DNA of 44,287 nucleotides from a virus (lineage: Duplodnaviria > Heunggongvirae > Uroviricota > Caudoviricetes), in the IMG/VR virus record IMGVR_UViG_3300045051_000014; one strand, given 5' to 3'. This document shows, piece by piece, positions 1-9,011 of the stretch. The position numbers were made by a program, and so were the translations under genes. Position 1 is the stretch's first letter. Each line of letters begins with the position of its first letter. Below the pieces are notes generated by a model. The model searched no databases. It was not told the DNA's origin and worked only from the letters and a program-made list of their open reading frames with translations.

Positions 1-189
1 AAGGCACTCAGGAATGAAACCATTCTTGCGCCTATGCTCGTCCTGCGTAGAAAGGGTATCCGTATCTTCCCTGACGGTCGGCACGTTGCACTTTACACAA
101 ATGATAAATATAACCTGATCTTCACGATTCCTTATGGTGGAAGCGCCGAAGAGTCACCAGTTGTAACGGGGACACCGGACAATGGATAA
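1..189 (+). CDS. Prohead core-region protein, C-terminal part (truncated by window start)
   Basis: Frame 1 is open from base 1 to TAA 187-189 (..PMLVLRRKGIRIFPDGRHVALYTNDKYNLIFTIPYG..). It overlaps the next ATG and lies directly upstream of the gp68/gp21 block. Confidence 0.65.
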   Translation, partial: KALRNETILAPMLVLRRKGIRIFPDGRHVALYTNDKYNLIFTIPYGGSAEESPVVTGTPDNG

Positions 190-508
190 CCTAGTAGAAC
201 TGATGAACCAGATCACCGAGTCAAAGCTTGAGGCATTGAAGATTGCCCTCGCACTTGACCTCAGTGAAGCGAATTTCAAAGTCGTCAAGGCGCGTGTACG
301 TGGTGGCAAGATTCAGCGAAAGAAGAAAGTCGCTACTCGCCCCGGCTACACGATTCGTGGCGGCAAGCTTGTGCGCATGTCATCGAAAGAGCGCCAGAAG
401 CGCAAGATGGCAGCACGCAAGGGCAAGGTCAAGCGCAAGGCAAAGATGGCACGCGCAATGATCAAGCGTAAGCGTTCGATGAGAAAGAGACAATCCCTAG
501 GGGTATAA
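182..508 (+). CDS. Basic prohead core protein (gp68-like)
   Basis: Very K/R-rich C-terminus (..KRKRSMRKRQSLGV), immediately upstream of gp21 as in T4-like head modules. Confidence 0.7.
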   Translation: MDNLVELMNQITESKLEALKIALALDLSEANFKVVKARVRGGKIQRKKKVATRPGYTIRGGKLVRMSSKERQKRKMAARKGKVKRKAKMARAMIKRKRSMRKRQSLGV

Positions 509-513
509 CGAGA

Positions 514-1158
514 ATGAAGCTAATCACAGAAACATTGCAGGATGTGAAGTACATCACCGAAGAAAAGAACGGTGTCAAGTCGCTTTACATCACTGGTCCG
601 TTCCTTGTGGGCGAACAGAAGAACCGTAACGGTCGCGTTTACCCTAAGTCCATTCTTGAGCGGGAAGTGAACCGCTACAACGAAGAATATATCTCTAAGA
701 ACAGAGCATTCGGTGAGTTGGGTCATCCTGACTCTCCATCTATCAATCTGGACCGGGTTTCCCACCTGATCGTAAATCTACGTCAGGAAGGATCCACGTT
801 CATTGGTAAGGCTAAGATCCTTGAAACCCCATACGGCAAGACCGCAAAGGGGCTATTGGATGGCGGCGCAAACCTAGGCGTTTCCTCACGCGGCATGGGT
901 TCCCTCAAGGAAGTCAATGGCGTGAACCTAGTCCAAGATGACTATTATCTCGCTACAGCAGCAGATATCGTGGCTGACCCATCCGCACCCGGAGCCTTTG
1001 TACAAGGCATTATGGAAGGTAAGGAGTGGGTTTGGGACAATGGCATCGTAAAAGAGGTTGCCATTGTCGAAATGTATGATGAAATCAAGAAAGCAAAGAC
1101 GCGACAGATCGAAGATATCTCCCTGAGAATCTTTGAGAATTTCTTGTCAAAACTTTGA
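514..1158 (+). CDS. gp21: Prohead core protease
   Basis: MKLITE start, KNRNGRVY, GELGHP, GVSSRGMGS, DIVADPSAPGA motifs. Confidence 0.97.
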   Translation: MKLITETLQDVKYITEEKNGVKSLYITGPFLVGEQKNRNGRVYPKSILEREVNRYNEEYISKNRAFGELGHPDSPSINLDRVSHLIVNLRQEGSTFIGKAKILETPYGKTAKGLLDGGANLGVSSRGMGSLKEVNGVNLVQDDYYLATAADIVADPSAPGAFVQGIMEGKEWVWDNGIVKEVAIVEMYDEIKKAKTRQIEDISLRIFENFLSKL

Positions 1159-1162
1159 GTTT

Positions 1163-1170
1163 ACTAAATA
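1163..1170 (+). promoter_or_regulatory. T4-type late promoter (ACTAAATA variant)
   Basis: Intergenic, 25 nt before gp22 with an AGGAG RBS. The same NCTAAATA box recurs before gp3. T4 consensus is TATAAATA. Confidence 0.7.
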
Positions 1171-1195
1171 GCAATACCCTAACAGGAGTTAGAAC

Positions 1196-2428
1196 ATGAG
1201 CAAGTCCCTATCTGAATCTGCTGCCGAAATCCTAGCAACGTCCCTTGGCTCTGCCAAGAAGGATCCTATTGTTGCCGGTCCCGGTGCAGGAGCCGAAGAC
1301 CTCGGCGGCGAAACCCCAACGACCGAGCCAGTGGCAACTGGTCCAAAGGTTTCTGCAAAGGCAAAGGAAGCCGTCACCCCAAAGGAAGGCACACCACTTT
1401 CCACTAAGGCAGTCCAAAAGGAAGAGGCTTCTGAGGAAGACCTTCCAGAACTGACCGAAGAAGAAATCGACGCATACCTCGACTCGCTATCCGAAGAAGA
1501 GCTAGCAGAACTTGCTGCCCTTTCGGAGCAGGAAGAGTCTGGCGAAGAAGTTGTCACCGAAGCCAAGAAGGACGAGGAAGAAGACGACGAAGATGAAGAC
1601 GAGGATGAGGACGAGGAAGATGACGACAAGAAGGAAGTCAAGGAAGAATTGACTGCCGAAGAAGTCGCTGCCGCTCGTACCGAAGCTCTCAAGGCTCTAG
1701 TCTCCGAGAATATGGGTTCCTGCAAGGATGATATCGACGCGCTATTCAACGGCGAAGAGCTATCCGAGGAATTCAAGACCAAGGCTACGACCATTTTCGA
1801 AGCTGCTGTCCGCGCTCGCGTAGAAGCAATTGTCGAGAAGGTTTCGGCTGAGAACGAAGCAATTATGGAATCCACTGTCGGTGAGCTAGAAGCTCAGATG
1901 ACCTCGCAGGTAGACGAGTACCTGAACTACGTGGTCGAGCAGTGGATGGAAGAGAACAAGCTTGCCATCGAAACCGGTCTGCGTGTAGAAATCGCAGAAG
2001 ACTTCATGGCAGGACTCAAGAACCTGTTCACGGAACACTACATTGAAGTTCCAGAAGACAAGGCAAATCTTGTTGAAGAGCTAGCAGCGCAGGTTGCAGC
2101 CGCACAGGAAGCCTTGACTGAACAGGTCAAGAAGTCCGAAGAATTGACCAAGGCTCTTAACGAGTCGAAGGCAACGGAAGCCCTACGCAAGATTTGCGAA
2201 GGTCTATCCGAAGTACAGGTCGCAAAGATTAAGGCGCTCGCAGAGGGCGTAGAGTTCACCACAGAGGGTGAGTATTCGCAGAAGCTCGCAGTGATTCGCG
2301 AGAATTACTTCCCATCCGGCAAAAAGGTAAGTGAAGCACCTGTCACTCTCGTTGAGACTGACGCCAAGGAAGTAACACCTGTAATGGATCGTTATGTACA
2401 AGCAATCAGCAAGACGCTTCCGCGTTAA
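1196..2428 (+). CDS. gp22: Prohead core scaffold protein
   Basis: Acidic coiled coil, LSEEFKTKATTIFEAAV and VDEYLNYVVEQWMEENKLAIE motifs; lies between gp21 and gp23. Confidence 0.95.
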   Translation: MSKSLSESAAEILATSLGSAKKDPIVAGPGAGAEDLGGETPTTEPVATGPKVSAKAKEAVTPKEGTPLSTKAVQKEEASEEDLPELTEEEIDAYLDSLSEEELAELAALSEQEESGEEVVTEAKKDEEEDDEDEDEDEDEEDDDKKEVKEELTAEEVAAARTEALKALVSENMGSCKDDIDALFNGEELSEEFKTKATTIFEAAVRARVEAIVEKVSAENEAIMESTVGELEAQMTSQVDEYLNYVVEQWMEENKLAIETGLRVEIAEDFMAGLKNLFTEHYIEVPEDKANLVEELAAQVAAAQEALTEQVKKSEELTKALNESKATEALRKICEGLSEVQVAKIKALAEGVEFTTEGEYSQKLAVIRENYFPSGKKVSEAPVTLVETDAKEVTPVMDRYVQAISKTLPR

Positions 2429-2462
2429 GCTAAATCACTAATCCTCTAAGGAGTTAAACCAA

Positions 2463-3842
2463 ATGTATCTATCAGAAACTTTCGTAACCAAGTGGGCACC
2501 GGTCCTTGACCACCCTGAATTGGCTGCAATCAAAGACCCATACAAGAAGGCTGTAACGGCTGTCATTCTTGAGAACCAAGAAAAGGCAATGCGCGAAGAA
2601 GCTAATGCGTATGGCAACATGTTCGAAGCTGTCCCTAACAGCGCAGGCGGCGGTATGTCTCCTGTGACGGGTGGCGAAGGCAACATCAAGGGCTTCGACC
2701 CAATCCTAATCGGTCTGGTTCGTCGCGCACTTCCTAACCTCATGGCATATGACGTTTGCGGCGTTCAGCCAATGACCGGACCTACGGGTCTTATCTTCGC
2801 TATGCAGGCTAAGTACGCTAACACCGGTAACGGCTGGCTCAACAATGCACCAGAAGCTTTCTTCAACGAAGCTAACACTGCATGGTCGGGTAACGGCGCA
2901 CACGGCACCGGCTTCCTAACGACGACTGGTATGGGTAATGCCAACACCAACTCGGCTAACTTGACCGCATACGCAAACACCACGCTCGCAAACACCGGTA
3001 ACGGTATGTCCACGGCGTTCGGTGAAGACCTCGGCACCGGCATGGCACAGATGGGCTTCTCCATCGAACGTGTCAGCGTTGTTGCTAAGACTCGCGCTCT
3101 TAAGGCTGAGTACACTCTTGAACTCGCACAGGACTTGAAGGCAATTCACGGTCTTGACGCAGAAGCAGAGTTGAGCAACATCCTCTCGACTGAAATCCTC
3201 GCGGAAATCAATCGTGAAGTTGTCCGCACGATCTACGCTGTCGCTAACATCGGTTACACCGGCATCAGCACCCCAACCTTCAACCTCGCATCGGCAACGG
3301 ATACGTCCGGTCGTTGGGCTGTTGAAAAGTTCAAGGGTCTGTTGTTCGCAATCGAACGCGCAAGCAACAAGATCGCGAAGGACACTCGCCGTGGCAAGGG
3401 TAACATCCTGATCGTCAGCACCGACGTTGCATCCGCACTGTCGATGACTGGTCTTCTGGACTACAACTCTGCTCTATCCAACAACACCAACCTCGCGGTT
3501 GACGACACTGGCAACACCTTCGCAGGTACGCTATTCGGTCGCCTCAAGGTCTACGTAGACCCATATTCGATCACTGGATCGGACTACGTGGTTGTCGGTT
3601 ACAAGGGTCCAACCCCTTACGACGCAGGCGTGTTCTACTGCCCATACGTTCCGCTACAGATGGTTCGTGCAATTAACCCTGACACGTTCCAGCCTAAGAT
3701 CGGTTTCAAGACCCGCTACGGCTTGGTCCAGAACCCATTCGGCAACTCGCAGCAGGGCGCAGAAACGGTTGTTTCCGGTGCATTGACCAACCACACCAAC
3801 ACTTACTACCGTAAGTTCTCGGTTGTCAACCTCATCGGCTAA
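2463..3842 (+). CDS. gp23: Major capsid protein
   Basis: CGVQPMTGPTGLIFAM, RALKAEYTLELAQDLKAIHGLDAE, FYCPYVPLQM, FQPKIGFKTRYG motifs. Confidence 0.99.
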   Translation: MYLSETFVTKWAPVLDHPELAAIKDPYKKAVTAVILENQEKAMREEANAYGNMFEAVPNSAGGGMSPVTGGEGNIKGFDPILIGLVRRALPNLMAYDVCGVQPMTGPTGLIFAMQAKYANTGNGWLNNAPEAFFNEANTAWSGNGAHGTGFLTTTGMGNANTNSANLTAYANTTLANTGNGMSTAFGEDLGTGMAQMGFSIERVSVVAKTRALKAEYTLELAQDLKAIHGLDAEAELSNILSTEILAEINREVVRTIYAVANIGYTGISTPTFNLASATDTSGRWAVEKFKGLLFAIERASNKIAKDTRRGKGNILIVSTDVASALSMTGLLDYNSALSNNTNLAVDDTGNTFAGTLFGRLKVYVDPYSITGSDYVVVGYKGPTPYDAGVFYCPYVPLQMVRAINPDTFQPKIGFKTRYGLVQNPFGNSQQGAETVVSGALTNHTNTYYRKFSVVNLIG

Positions 3843-3887
3843 TCGTAGCTGAAACAAAAATAACGAGGGAGCAATCCCAAGTGACTC

Positions 3888-3917
3888 AGGGGCGGAAGGA
3901 AACTTCCGCCCCTTTTT
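3888..3917 (+). terminator. Rho-independent terminator after gp23
   Basis: AGGGGCGGAAG-GAAA-CTTCCGCCCCT stem-loop followed by a T run. Confidence 0.9.
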
Positions 3918-3923
3918 GCTGTG

Positions 3924-3931
3924 CCTAAATA
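3924..3931 (+). promoter_or_regulatory. Late promoter (CCTAAATA) for gp3
   Basis: NCTAAATA box between the gp23 terminator and the gp3 start. Confidence 0.65.
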
Positions 3932-3963
3932 GGGCATGATCCTACCCAAAGAAGGTATTCTCC

Positions 3964-4509
3964 ATGGGCGCAATCGAACGCAATCCATCCAACCGTGATA
4001 TCCTGCAAAGCACGAAGTTTAAACTCAACTTCACACGCCTGCCGGGACTCACGTTCTTCTGCCAGACGGCAAACCTTCCGGGTATCTCGCTCTCGGAAGT
4101 CATGCGTCCAACGCCTTTCCTTGACCTGTACGTTCCCGGCGAAAAGGCAATCTACGATACGCTCAACGTGACCATGCTCGTAGACGAAGACCTTCGGGAT
4201 TGGGAAGCCATTCATGACTGGATTCGCGCCATGACCTTCCCCAAGGAATTCGAAGAATATGCCGCAATGAAGAGTCAGTTCCGCGATGTGGTTTCTCGCG
4301 GCAATGCCGGTAAGCTGCCACCACAGTACACAGATGCATCCATGACGGTATTCACTAATAAGAATAACCCCAATTTCCGCATTCAATACAAGGATTTGTT
4401 CCCTACAACTCTAGGTGGAATTCAATTTAGCACCCTCGACTCGGCTGAAAACATCATTACGTGCGATGCGACTTTCAGATTTTCGTATTACAACCTAGAA
4501 AGAATTTGA
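3964..4509 (+). CDS. gp3: Tail completion / sheath stabilizer
   Basis: FFCQTANLPGISL, VDEDLRDWEAIHDWI, DLFPTTLGGIQF; gp23-gp3-uvsY-uvsW synteny. Confidence 0.88.
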   Translation: MGAIERNPSNRDILQSTKFKLNFTRLPGLTFFCQTANLPGISLSEVMRPTPFLDLYVPGEKAIYDTLNVTMLVDEDLRDWEAIHDWIRAMTFPKEFEEYAAMKSQFRDVVSRGNAGKLPPQYTDASMTVFTNKNNPNFRIQYKDLFPTTLGGIQFSTLDSAENIITCDATFRFSYYNLERI

Positions 4510-4534
4510 CACTCTAACCAGAATATGCTATGAT
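4506..4534 (+). promoter_or_regulatory. Sigma70-type promoter for uvsY/uvsW
   Basis: TTGACA-17 nt-TATGAT with TGn extended -10. Confidence 0.8.
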
Positions 4535-4565
4535 AACCATATGCTTTTGATGGAGATTTTTCGCT

Positions 4566-5018
4566 ATGGCTAATATGGTTGCACCCAACGTCGAACAGTT
4601 GATCACCGAATGGGAGACTGACTCTCATATTGATACGACGGATGCGGGTGGACAGATGATCAAGATTCCTGTCCTTCACTCTAAGTATAACAAGTATTTG
4701 TCGCTGCACAAGCTTGCCGAAGCTCGCCGTCAGGCAGAGTATGACAAGTTGCGCAAGACGAAATGGATGTACTATAACGGCAAGCTTTCTCAGCAGGAGT
4801 TGGCAACGCTAGGTTGGGATCCGTTTCCGTTCACTCTCAAGTCAGACCTCAACGTGTATATGGATGCCGACGACGATCTGTTGAAGATCAAGAGCCAGAT
4901 CGCGTTCCACGAAGAGTGCGTATCCTTCTGCACCTACGTCATGAAGGAACTCAACAACCGCACATGGCAGATGAAGGAATGGATGGCATGGGAGAGGTTC
5001 GAACGTGGTGGGCATTAA
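4566..5018 (+). CDS. uvsY: Recombination mediator UvsY
   Basis: KIPVLHSKY, KWMYYNGK, YMDADDDL, ELNNRTWQMK..WERF; synteny. Confidence 0.9.
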   Translation: MANMVAPNVEQLITEWETDSHIDTTDAGGQMIKIPVLHSKYNKYLSLHKLAEARRQAEYDKLRKTKWMYYNGKLSQQELATLGWDPFPFTLKSDLNVYMDADDDLLKIKSQIAFHEECVSFCTYVMKELNNRTWQMKEWMAWERFERGGH

Positions 5019-5139
5019 GAAGTGGTGGAAAGAATTCTGGTGTGCCTTGCGTGGGCATGGCGACATTGACCTAATTTATTATAGCAATCGCACAGCCGCA
5101 GGACCGTGTAAGCGGTGTGGGAAAATGGTTGAGTTGTGA
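5008..5139 (+). CDS. Small Zn-binding protein (43 aa, C..GH / CxxC), absent from the ORF track
   Basis: GTG start after GGAGAGG. MGIKKWWKEFWCALRGHGDIDLIYYSNRTAAGPCKRCGKMVEL; its stop overlaps the uvsW GTG (GTGA). Confidence 0.6.
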   Translation: MGIKKWWKEFWCALRGHGDIDLIYYSNRTAAGPCKRCGKMVEL

Positions 5140-6590
5140 GTGATATCCATTTTGAACAAGTCAGTAACGTATGGGGAAGAATAAGATGCGAGGCTAGTGC
5201 CGCGCAAGAACTATCAGAGTTCTTCACCTACTCCGTTCCTTCCGCTAAGTTCCTTCCCAAAGAAAAGAAGAAGTATTGGGACGGGAAGATTCGTCTATTC
5301 CATCTTAGAACTCACAAGATCTACGCAGGATTAGAACCATACGTTCGTCAGTTCGCGAAGGACAATAACTACTCTTACTCTTACACGCTTGTCAAGGGCA
5401 ATATCCCCGAATTACCACAGAAAGAACACATTGAGTCATGGAAGGTTTCTATGGAACCTCGCGATTACCAATGGGTTGCCTATCTGTGGGCATTGACACG
5501 CAAGCGCGGCATTGTCCTCTCGCCTACTGCATCCGGCAAGTCGATGATCATCTACATGATATCACGATGGCTGATCGAACGCGGTAAGAAGCGTGGACTG
5601 CTGATCGTGCCTACCACATCCCTAGTCGAGCAGATGTATGCCGACTTTGCCTCATATGGGTGGGACGTAGAGAAGAACTGTCAGCGCATCTATCAGGGAT
5701 TCACGACGGATGCCTATGCGCCGTTGGTTATCTCCACATGGCAGTCGGTCTACGATCTGCCGAATAAGTATTTCAGCCAGTTCGACTATGTGATCGGTGA
5801 CGAGGCTCACCAATTCAAGGCAGAATCTCTCAAGCACATCATGGAGCAGTTAGTAAACTGCGACTACCGTATAGGAACTACGGGTACACTGGATGGGTCT
5901 AAGGTACACAAACTGGTACTGGAAGGACTGTTCGGACCCGTACAGCGAGTGGCATCCACAAAGGAACTACAGGATAAGGGACACCTTGCCGCACTGGAAA
6001 TCAAGTGTCTTGTTCTTAAGTATCCCGAAGAGGTAGTGAAACCCATCAAGGGACAGTCCTATCCAGACGAGATTTCCTTCCTGTGTGCGAACGAAGCACG
6101 CAACAAATTCATAGTCAAATTAGCAGAATCACTTGACGGTAACACGCTGATCCTGTATAATTACGTGGACAAGCACGGCAGGATTCTCCACCAAATGATC
6201 AAGGAACGTCTGCCGAATCGCAAGGTGCATTTCATTCATGGTGATGTGGAGACTCTGGACCGCGAAGAGGTTCGGCGCATCACTGAGGGTGAGACTGATT
6301 CGGTGATCGTGGCATCGTATGGTACGTTCTCCACAGGCATCAATATCAAACACCTACATAATGTTATCTTCGCTTCACCAACGAAGAGCCAGATTAGAAC
6401 ATTGCAGTCCATCGGCAGAGGGCTACGCCTCGGTGAGAATAAGAGTAAGGCAGTCCTTTATGATATTGTAGACGATCTACGCTACGGGGCGTATGTCAAC
6501 TTTGCGTTGAAACACTATGAGGAACGAGTTCGCATTTACAACGAAGAGAAGTTTCCCATCAAATCAATCAACATAGGACTACGCCAATGA
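5136..6590 (+). CDS. uvsW: SF2 DNA/RNA helicase UvsW
   Basis: WDGKIRLF, SPTASGKS, DEAH, GTTGTLDG, QSIGRGLR. Confidence 0.97.
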   Translation: MSDIHFEQVSNVWGRIRCEASAAQELSEFFTYSVPSAKFLPKEKKKYWDGKIRLFHLRTHKIYAGLEPYVRQFAKDNNYSYSYTLVKGNIPELPQKEHIESWKVSMEPRDYQWVAYLWALTRKRGIVLSPTASGKSMIIYMISRWLIERGKKRGLLIVPTTSLVEQMYADFASYGWDVEKNCQRIYQGFTTDAYAPLVISTWQSVYDLPNKYFSQFDYVIGDEAHQFKAESLKHIMEQLVNCDYRIGTTGTLDGSKVHKLVLEGLFGPVQRVASTKELQDKGHLAALEIKCLVLKYPEEVVKPIKGQSYPDEISFLCANEARNKFIVKLAESLDGNTLILYNYVDKHGRILHQMIKERLPNRKVHFIHGDVETLDREEVRRITEGETDSVIVASYGTFSTGINIKHLHNVIFASPTKSQIRTLQSIGRGLRLGENKSKAVLYDIVDDLRYGAYVNFALKHYEERVRIYNEEKFPIKSINIGLRQ

Positions 6591-6964
6591 ACACCCCATT
6601 TCCCATCAAGTTCTACAAGTTAAAGACCAATGAGGATATTGTCGCATTTGAGGTCCAAATCACAAAGGGACATATTCAGATCAAGCGACCTCTCGCATTC
6701 ACCGTAGAGAATGAAATCATTGCAGGAAGGCAGATGCTCAATGTCCGTGAATGGGTTCCACCCATCGTCTGTGCCAATGATACCGTCTTTCTTCCGAAAG
6801 AGTACATCATGTTCTCGACTGATGTTAAGGATTCTTTCAGAGAAGAATTCACTAATGCCACTGAATTTCTGTATGCCGTAGAGCCTAGAAAGGCTTCATC
6901 TAAGCCTAGGGGAGACAAGGTTGTTCCCTTTCTTCTCAAGGATCCCTCTACCAAGCCTAATTGA
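6587..6964 (+). CDS. Conserved T4-like protein between uvsW and gp55 (Sm-like fold suspected)
   Basis: ATGA overlap with uvsW; IKFYKLKTNEDIVA N-terminus typical of this position. Confidence 0.65.
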   Translation: MNTPFPIKFYKLKTNEDIVAFEVQITKGHIQIKRPLAFTVENEIIAGRQMLNVREWVPPIVCANDTVFLPKEYIMFSTDVKDSFREEFTNATEFLYAVEPRKASSKPRGDKVVPFLLKDPSTKPN

Positions 6965-7014
6965 TCCCTATCTTATTCTTCTTATTAAAGCCCTTTCAAA
7001 CGAGCCACACGCTC

Positions 7015-7043
7015 ATTATACACATCACTTGAGGTTCTGTCAA
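7015..7043 (-). promoter_or_regulatory. Perfect-consensus sigma70 promoter on the minus strand, pointing away from gp55
   Basis: Reverse complement reads TTGACA-gaacctcaagtgatgtg(17 nt)-TATAAT with TGn extension. Confidence 0.8.
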
Positions 7044-7052
7044 ATCTAAATC

Positions 7053-7586
7053 ATGGCGAAAACAAACTACGTTGACAACAAGCTATTCCTAAAAGAGATT
7101 ACAGCCTACCGCAAAGCCGTTCGAAAGGCAAAGCGGGAGAAGCTGCCGAAGCCGCGCATTCCTGAGTACATCGGGCAGTGCTTCATGCTCATTGCCGAAA
7201 ACATGAGTCATAAGTACAATTTCCTTTCGTACACATTTAGGGATGAAATGGTAAGTGACGCTATCGAAAACTGCGTCATGTACGTCGATAACTTTAATCC
7301 GGCAAAGTCGAAGAATCCATTTGCGTATTTTACCCAAATCGCCTACTACGCCTTTCTGCGGCGTATCCAACGCGAAAAGAAGCAGTTGTACGTGAAGTAC
7401 AAATCCACAGAAATGCATGGTATCCTAGATGACTATGATCAGATGGAATCAGATGATGGATATACCCGTCAGTACGAACAATATGACAACATTAGTGAGT
7501 TCATCCACAAATATGAACAAGCAAAAGCCAAAAAGAAAGCCAAAGTTGCAGCAGCGAAAGGACTTGAGAAATTCATTGATGAGTAA
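7053..7586 (+). CDS. gp55: Late-transcription sigma factor
   Basis: NYVDNKLFL, IPEYIGQCF, YTFRDEMVSDAIENC, NPFAYFTQIAYYAFLRRIQREKKQ. Confidence 0.96.
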   Translation: MAKTNYVDNKLFLKEITAYRKAVRKAKREKLPKPRIPEYIGQCFMLIAENMSHKYNFLSYTFRDEMVSDAIENCVMYVDNFNPAKSKNPFAYFTQIAYYAFLRRIQREKKQLYVKYKSTEMHGILDDYDQMESDDGYTRQYEQYDNISEFIHKYEQAKAKKKAKVAAAKGLEKFIDE

Positions 7587-7941
7587 GTTCTATGATGGTA
7601 AGCCCTGCCGAAACTGTGGCAATACTAAGAAGTATAAGTCTACTAGGAGTTGTGTTCATTGTCTGTCTCAGATCAATAAGGAATATAGCCCACAAGCCCG
7701 TAGGGACTTCCACCTGAAAACAAAGTATGGACTTTCACAGGCAGACTATGATATAATGATGGAGCATCAAAATAATGGGTGCGCTATCTGCGGCTCCAAC
7801 GAGAAACTCCACATCGACCATGATCATGTGACGGGTAAAATTCGTGGACTACTGTGCCATAGTTGTAATGTGTCTTTGGGACATTTTCGTGATGATACAA
7901 TGGTTCTGAAACGGGCTATTGAATATTTGGAGAAGACTTGA
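7579..7941 (+). CDS. EndoVII-type His-Me (HNH) endonuclease, probable free-standing homing endonuclease
   Basis: CAICG..LHIDHDHVTGKIRGLLCHSCNVSLG plus N-terminal CxxC pairs. True start likely ATG 7579; overlaps both neighbours. Confidence 0.85.
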   Translation: MSKFYDGKPCRNCGNTKKYKSTRSCVHCLSQINKEYSPQARRDFHLKTKYGLSQADYDIMMEHQNNGCAICGSNEKLHIDHDHVTGKIRGLLCHSCNVSLGHFRDDTMVLKRAIEYLEKT

Positions 7942-9011
7942 TGCGGCTTTTAATACTCGGAGACTTACACTTCGGGCTTCGCAATGACAGTTTGGTATTC
8001 ATGGAGTATTTCTCCAAGTTCTATCGGGAAGTTCTGTTCCCATACATTGACGCGAATCCGGTTGACGCAATTATCCAACTAGGCGACCTCTTTGATAGGC
8101 GCAAGTACATCAACTTCAACTCGCTGACAAATGCGAAGGAAGTCTTCTTCAATGAAATGGAGAAGCGCACCATCCCGTTCTACGCGCTCTTGGGCAACCA
8201 TGATATCTTCTATCGCAATACACTCAAGGTGAACTCACCGCAGTTAGTGTTGTGTGAATACTCTAACATACACCTGATTGACAGTCCGAAGACCGTTGTG
8301 TTTGATGATATCCCGTTTGACTTCATCCCATGGATTTGTGAAGAGAATGAGAAAGAGGTTTCAGAATTCATCAAGAAGTCTAAGTCGCCATATTGCTTCG
8401 GGCATCTTGAACTCGCAGGCTTTGAAATGGACAGAGGTAACTTCTGCCATGAAGGTATGGATGCGTCCCTGTTCAATCGCTATGAGCAAGTTATCTCCGG
8501 ACACTTCCACCATAAGTCACAGAAGGGAAACATCCTATACACAGGAGTCCATGGACAGATGACATGGGCAGACTGGAATGACCCGAAGGGATTCCATGTA
8601 TTTGATACCGAGACTCGCGAACTGGAATTCATCGTCAACCCGCATGAAATCTACGTGAAGATCGGCTATAACGACGACAACCTGTTCTTCGATGAAGTGC
8701 AGAATGGCGACTACTCCGCATTCACTGGCAAATATGTCAAGGTGGTTGTGGAGAAGAAGTCCAACTCGTTCCTGTTTGAGACACTGATCGAAGCACTCAA
8801 CAAGGCAAATCCAATAGACGTTACCATCGTGGAAGATTTCACAGACATAAGCCTAATCGACGCGAACGGCGACGGTGTAGTGGATCAAGCGGATGACACG
8901 CTCGCTATCATCGACAAGGTGGTTGAGAGTATGGAAATCGACTTGCAAAAGCCGCGATTGAAGAGTATACTGAGAGAAGTATACAACGAGGCTCTGGCTT
9001 CTGAATCATGA
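7941..9011 (+). CDS. gp47: Recombination endonuclease subunit (Mre11/SbcD-like)
   Basis: GDLHFG, LGDLFDRRK, LGNHD, FGHLEL, SGHFHH phosphoesterase motifs. Confidence 0.95.
   Translation: MRLLILGDLHFGLRNDSLVFMEYFSKFYREVLFPYIDANPVDAIIQLGDLFDRRKYINFNSLTNAKEVFFNEMEKRTIPFYALLGNHDIFYRNTLKVNSPQLVLCEYSNIHLIDSPKTVVFDDIPFDFIPWICEENEKEVSEFIKKSKSPYCFGHLELAGFEMDRGNFCHEGMDASLFNRYEQVISGHFHHKSQKGNILYTGVHGQMTWADWNDPKGFHVFDTETRELEFIVNPHEIYVKIGYNDDNLFFDEVQNGDYSAFTGKYVKVVVEKKSNSFLFETLIEALNKANPIDVTIVEDFTDISLIDANGDGVVDQADDTLAIIDKVVESMEIDLQKPRLKSILREVYNEALASES

Noticed and set aside
1570-1630. (GAN)n low-complexity run, also at 12080-12310
   Set aside because: Encodes acidic linkers in gp22 and the VWA-peptidase; not a DNA repeat element or CRISPR array.
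1189-1875. Minus-strand ORF with poly-Ser
   Set aside because: Antisense shadow of the GAN-rich acidic region of gp22.
3843-3963. Missing gp24 vertex gene after gp23
   Set aside because: Normal for cyanophage/alphaproteobacterial T4-like lineages with gp23-gp3-uvsY order; not novel.
6676-6954. 92-aa minus-strand ORF downstream of the antisense promoter
   Set aside because: TTG start, no motif and entirely antisense to a conserved gene. A noncoding transcript is more plausible, though translation cannot be excluded.
7429-7578. Long N-terminal extensions in the ORF track (7429, 15659, 17492, 22372, 24121, 27342, 27878, 30714, 33684)
   Set aside because: They overlap upstream genes. Downstream starts with an RBS or stop/start coupling fit better and were used instead.
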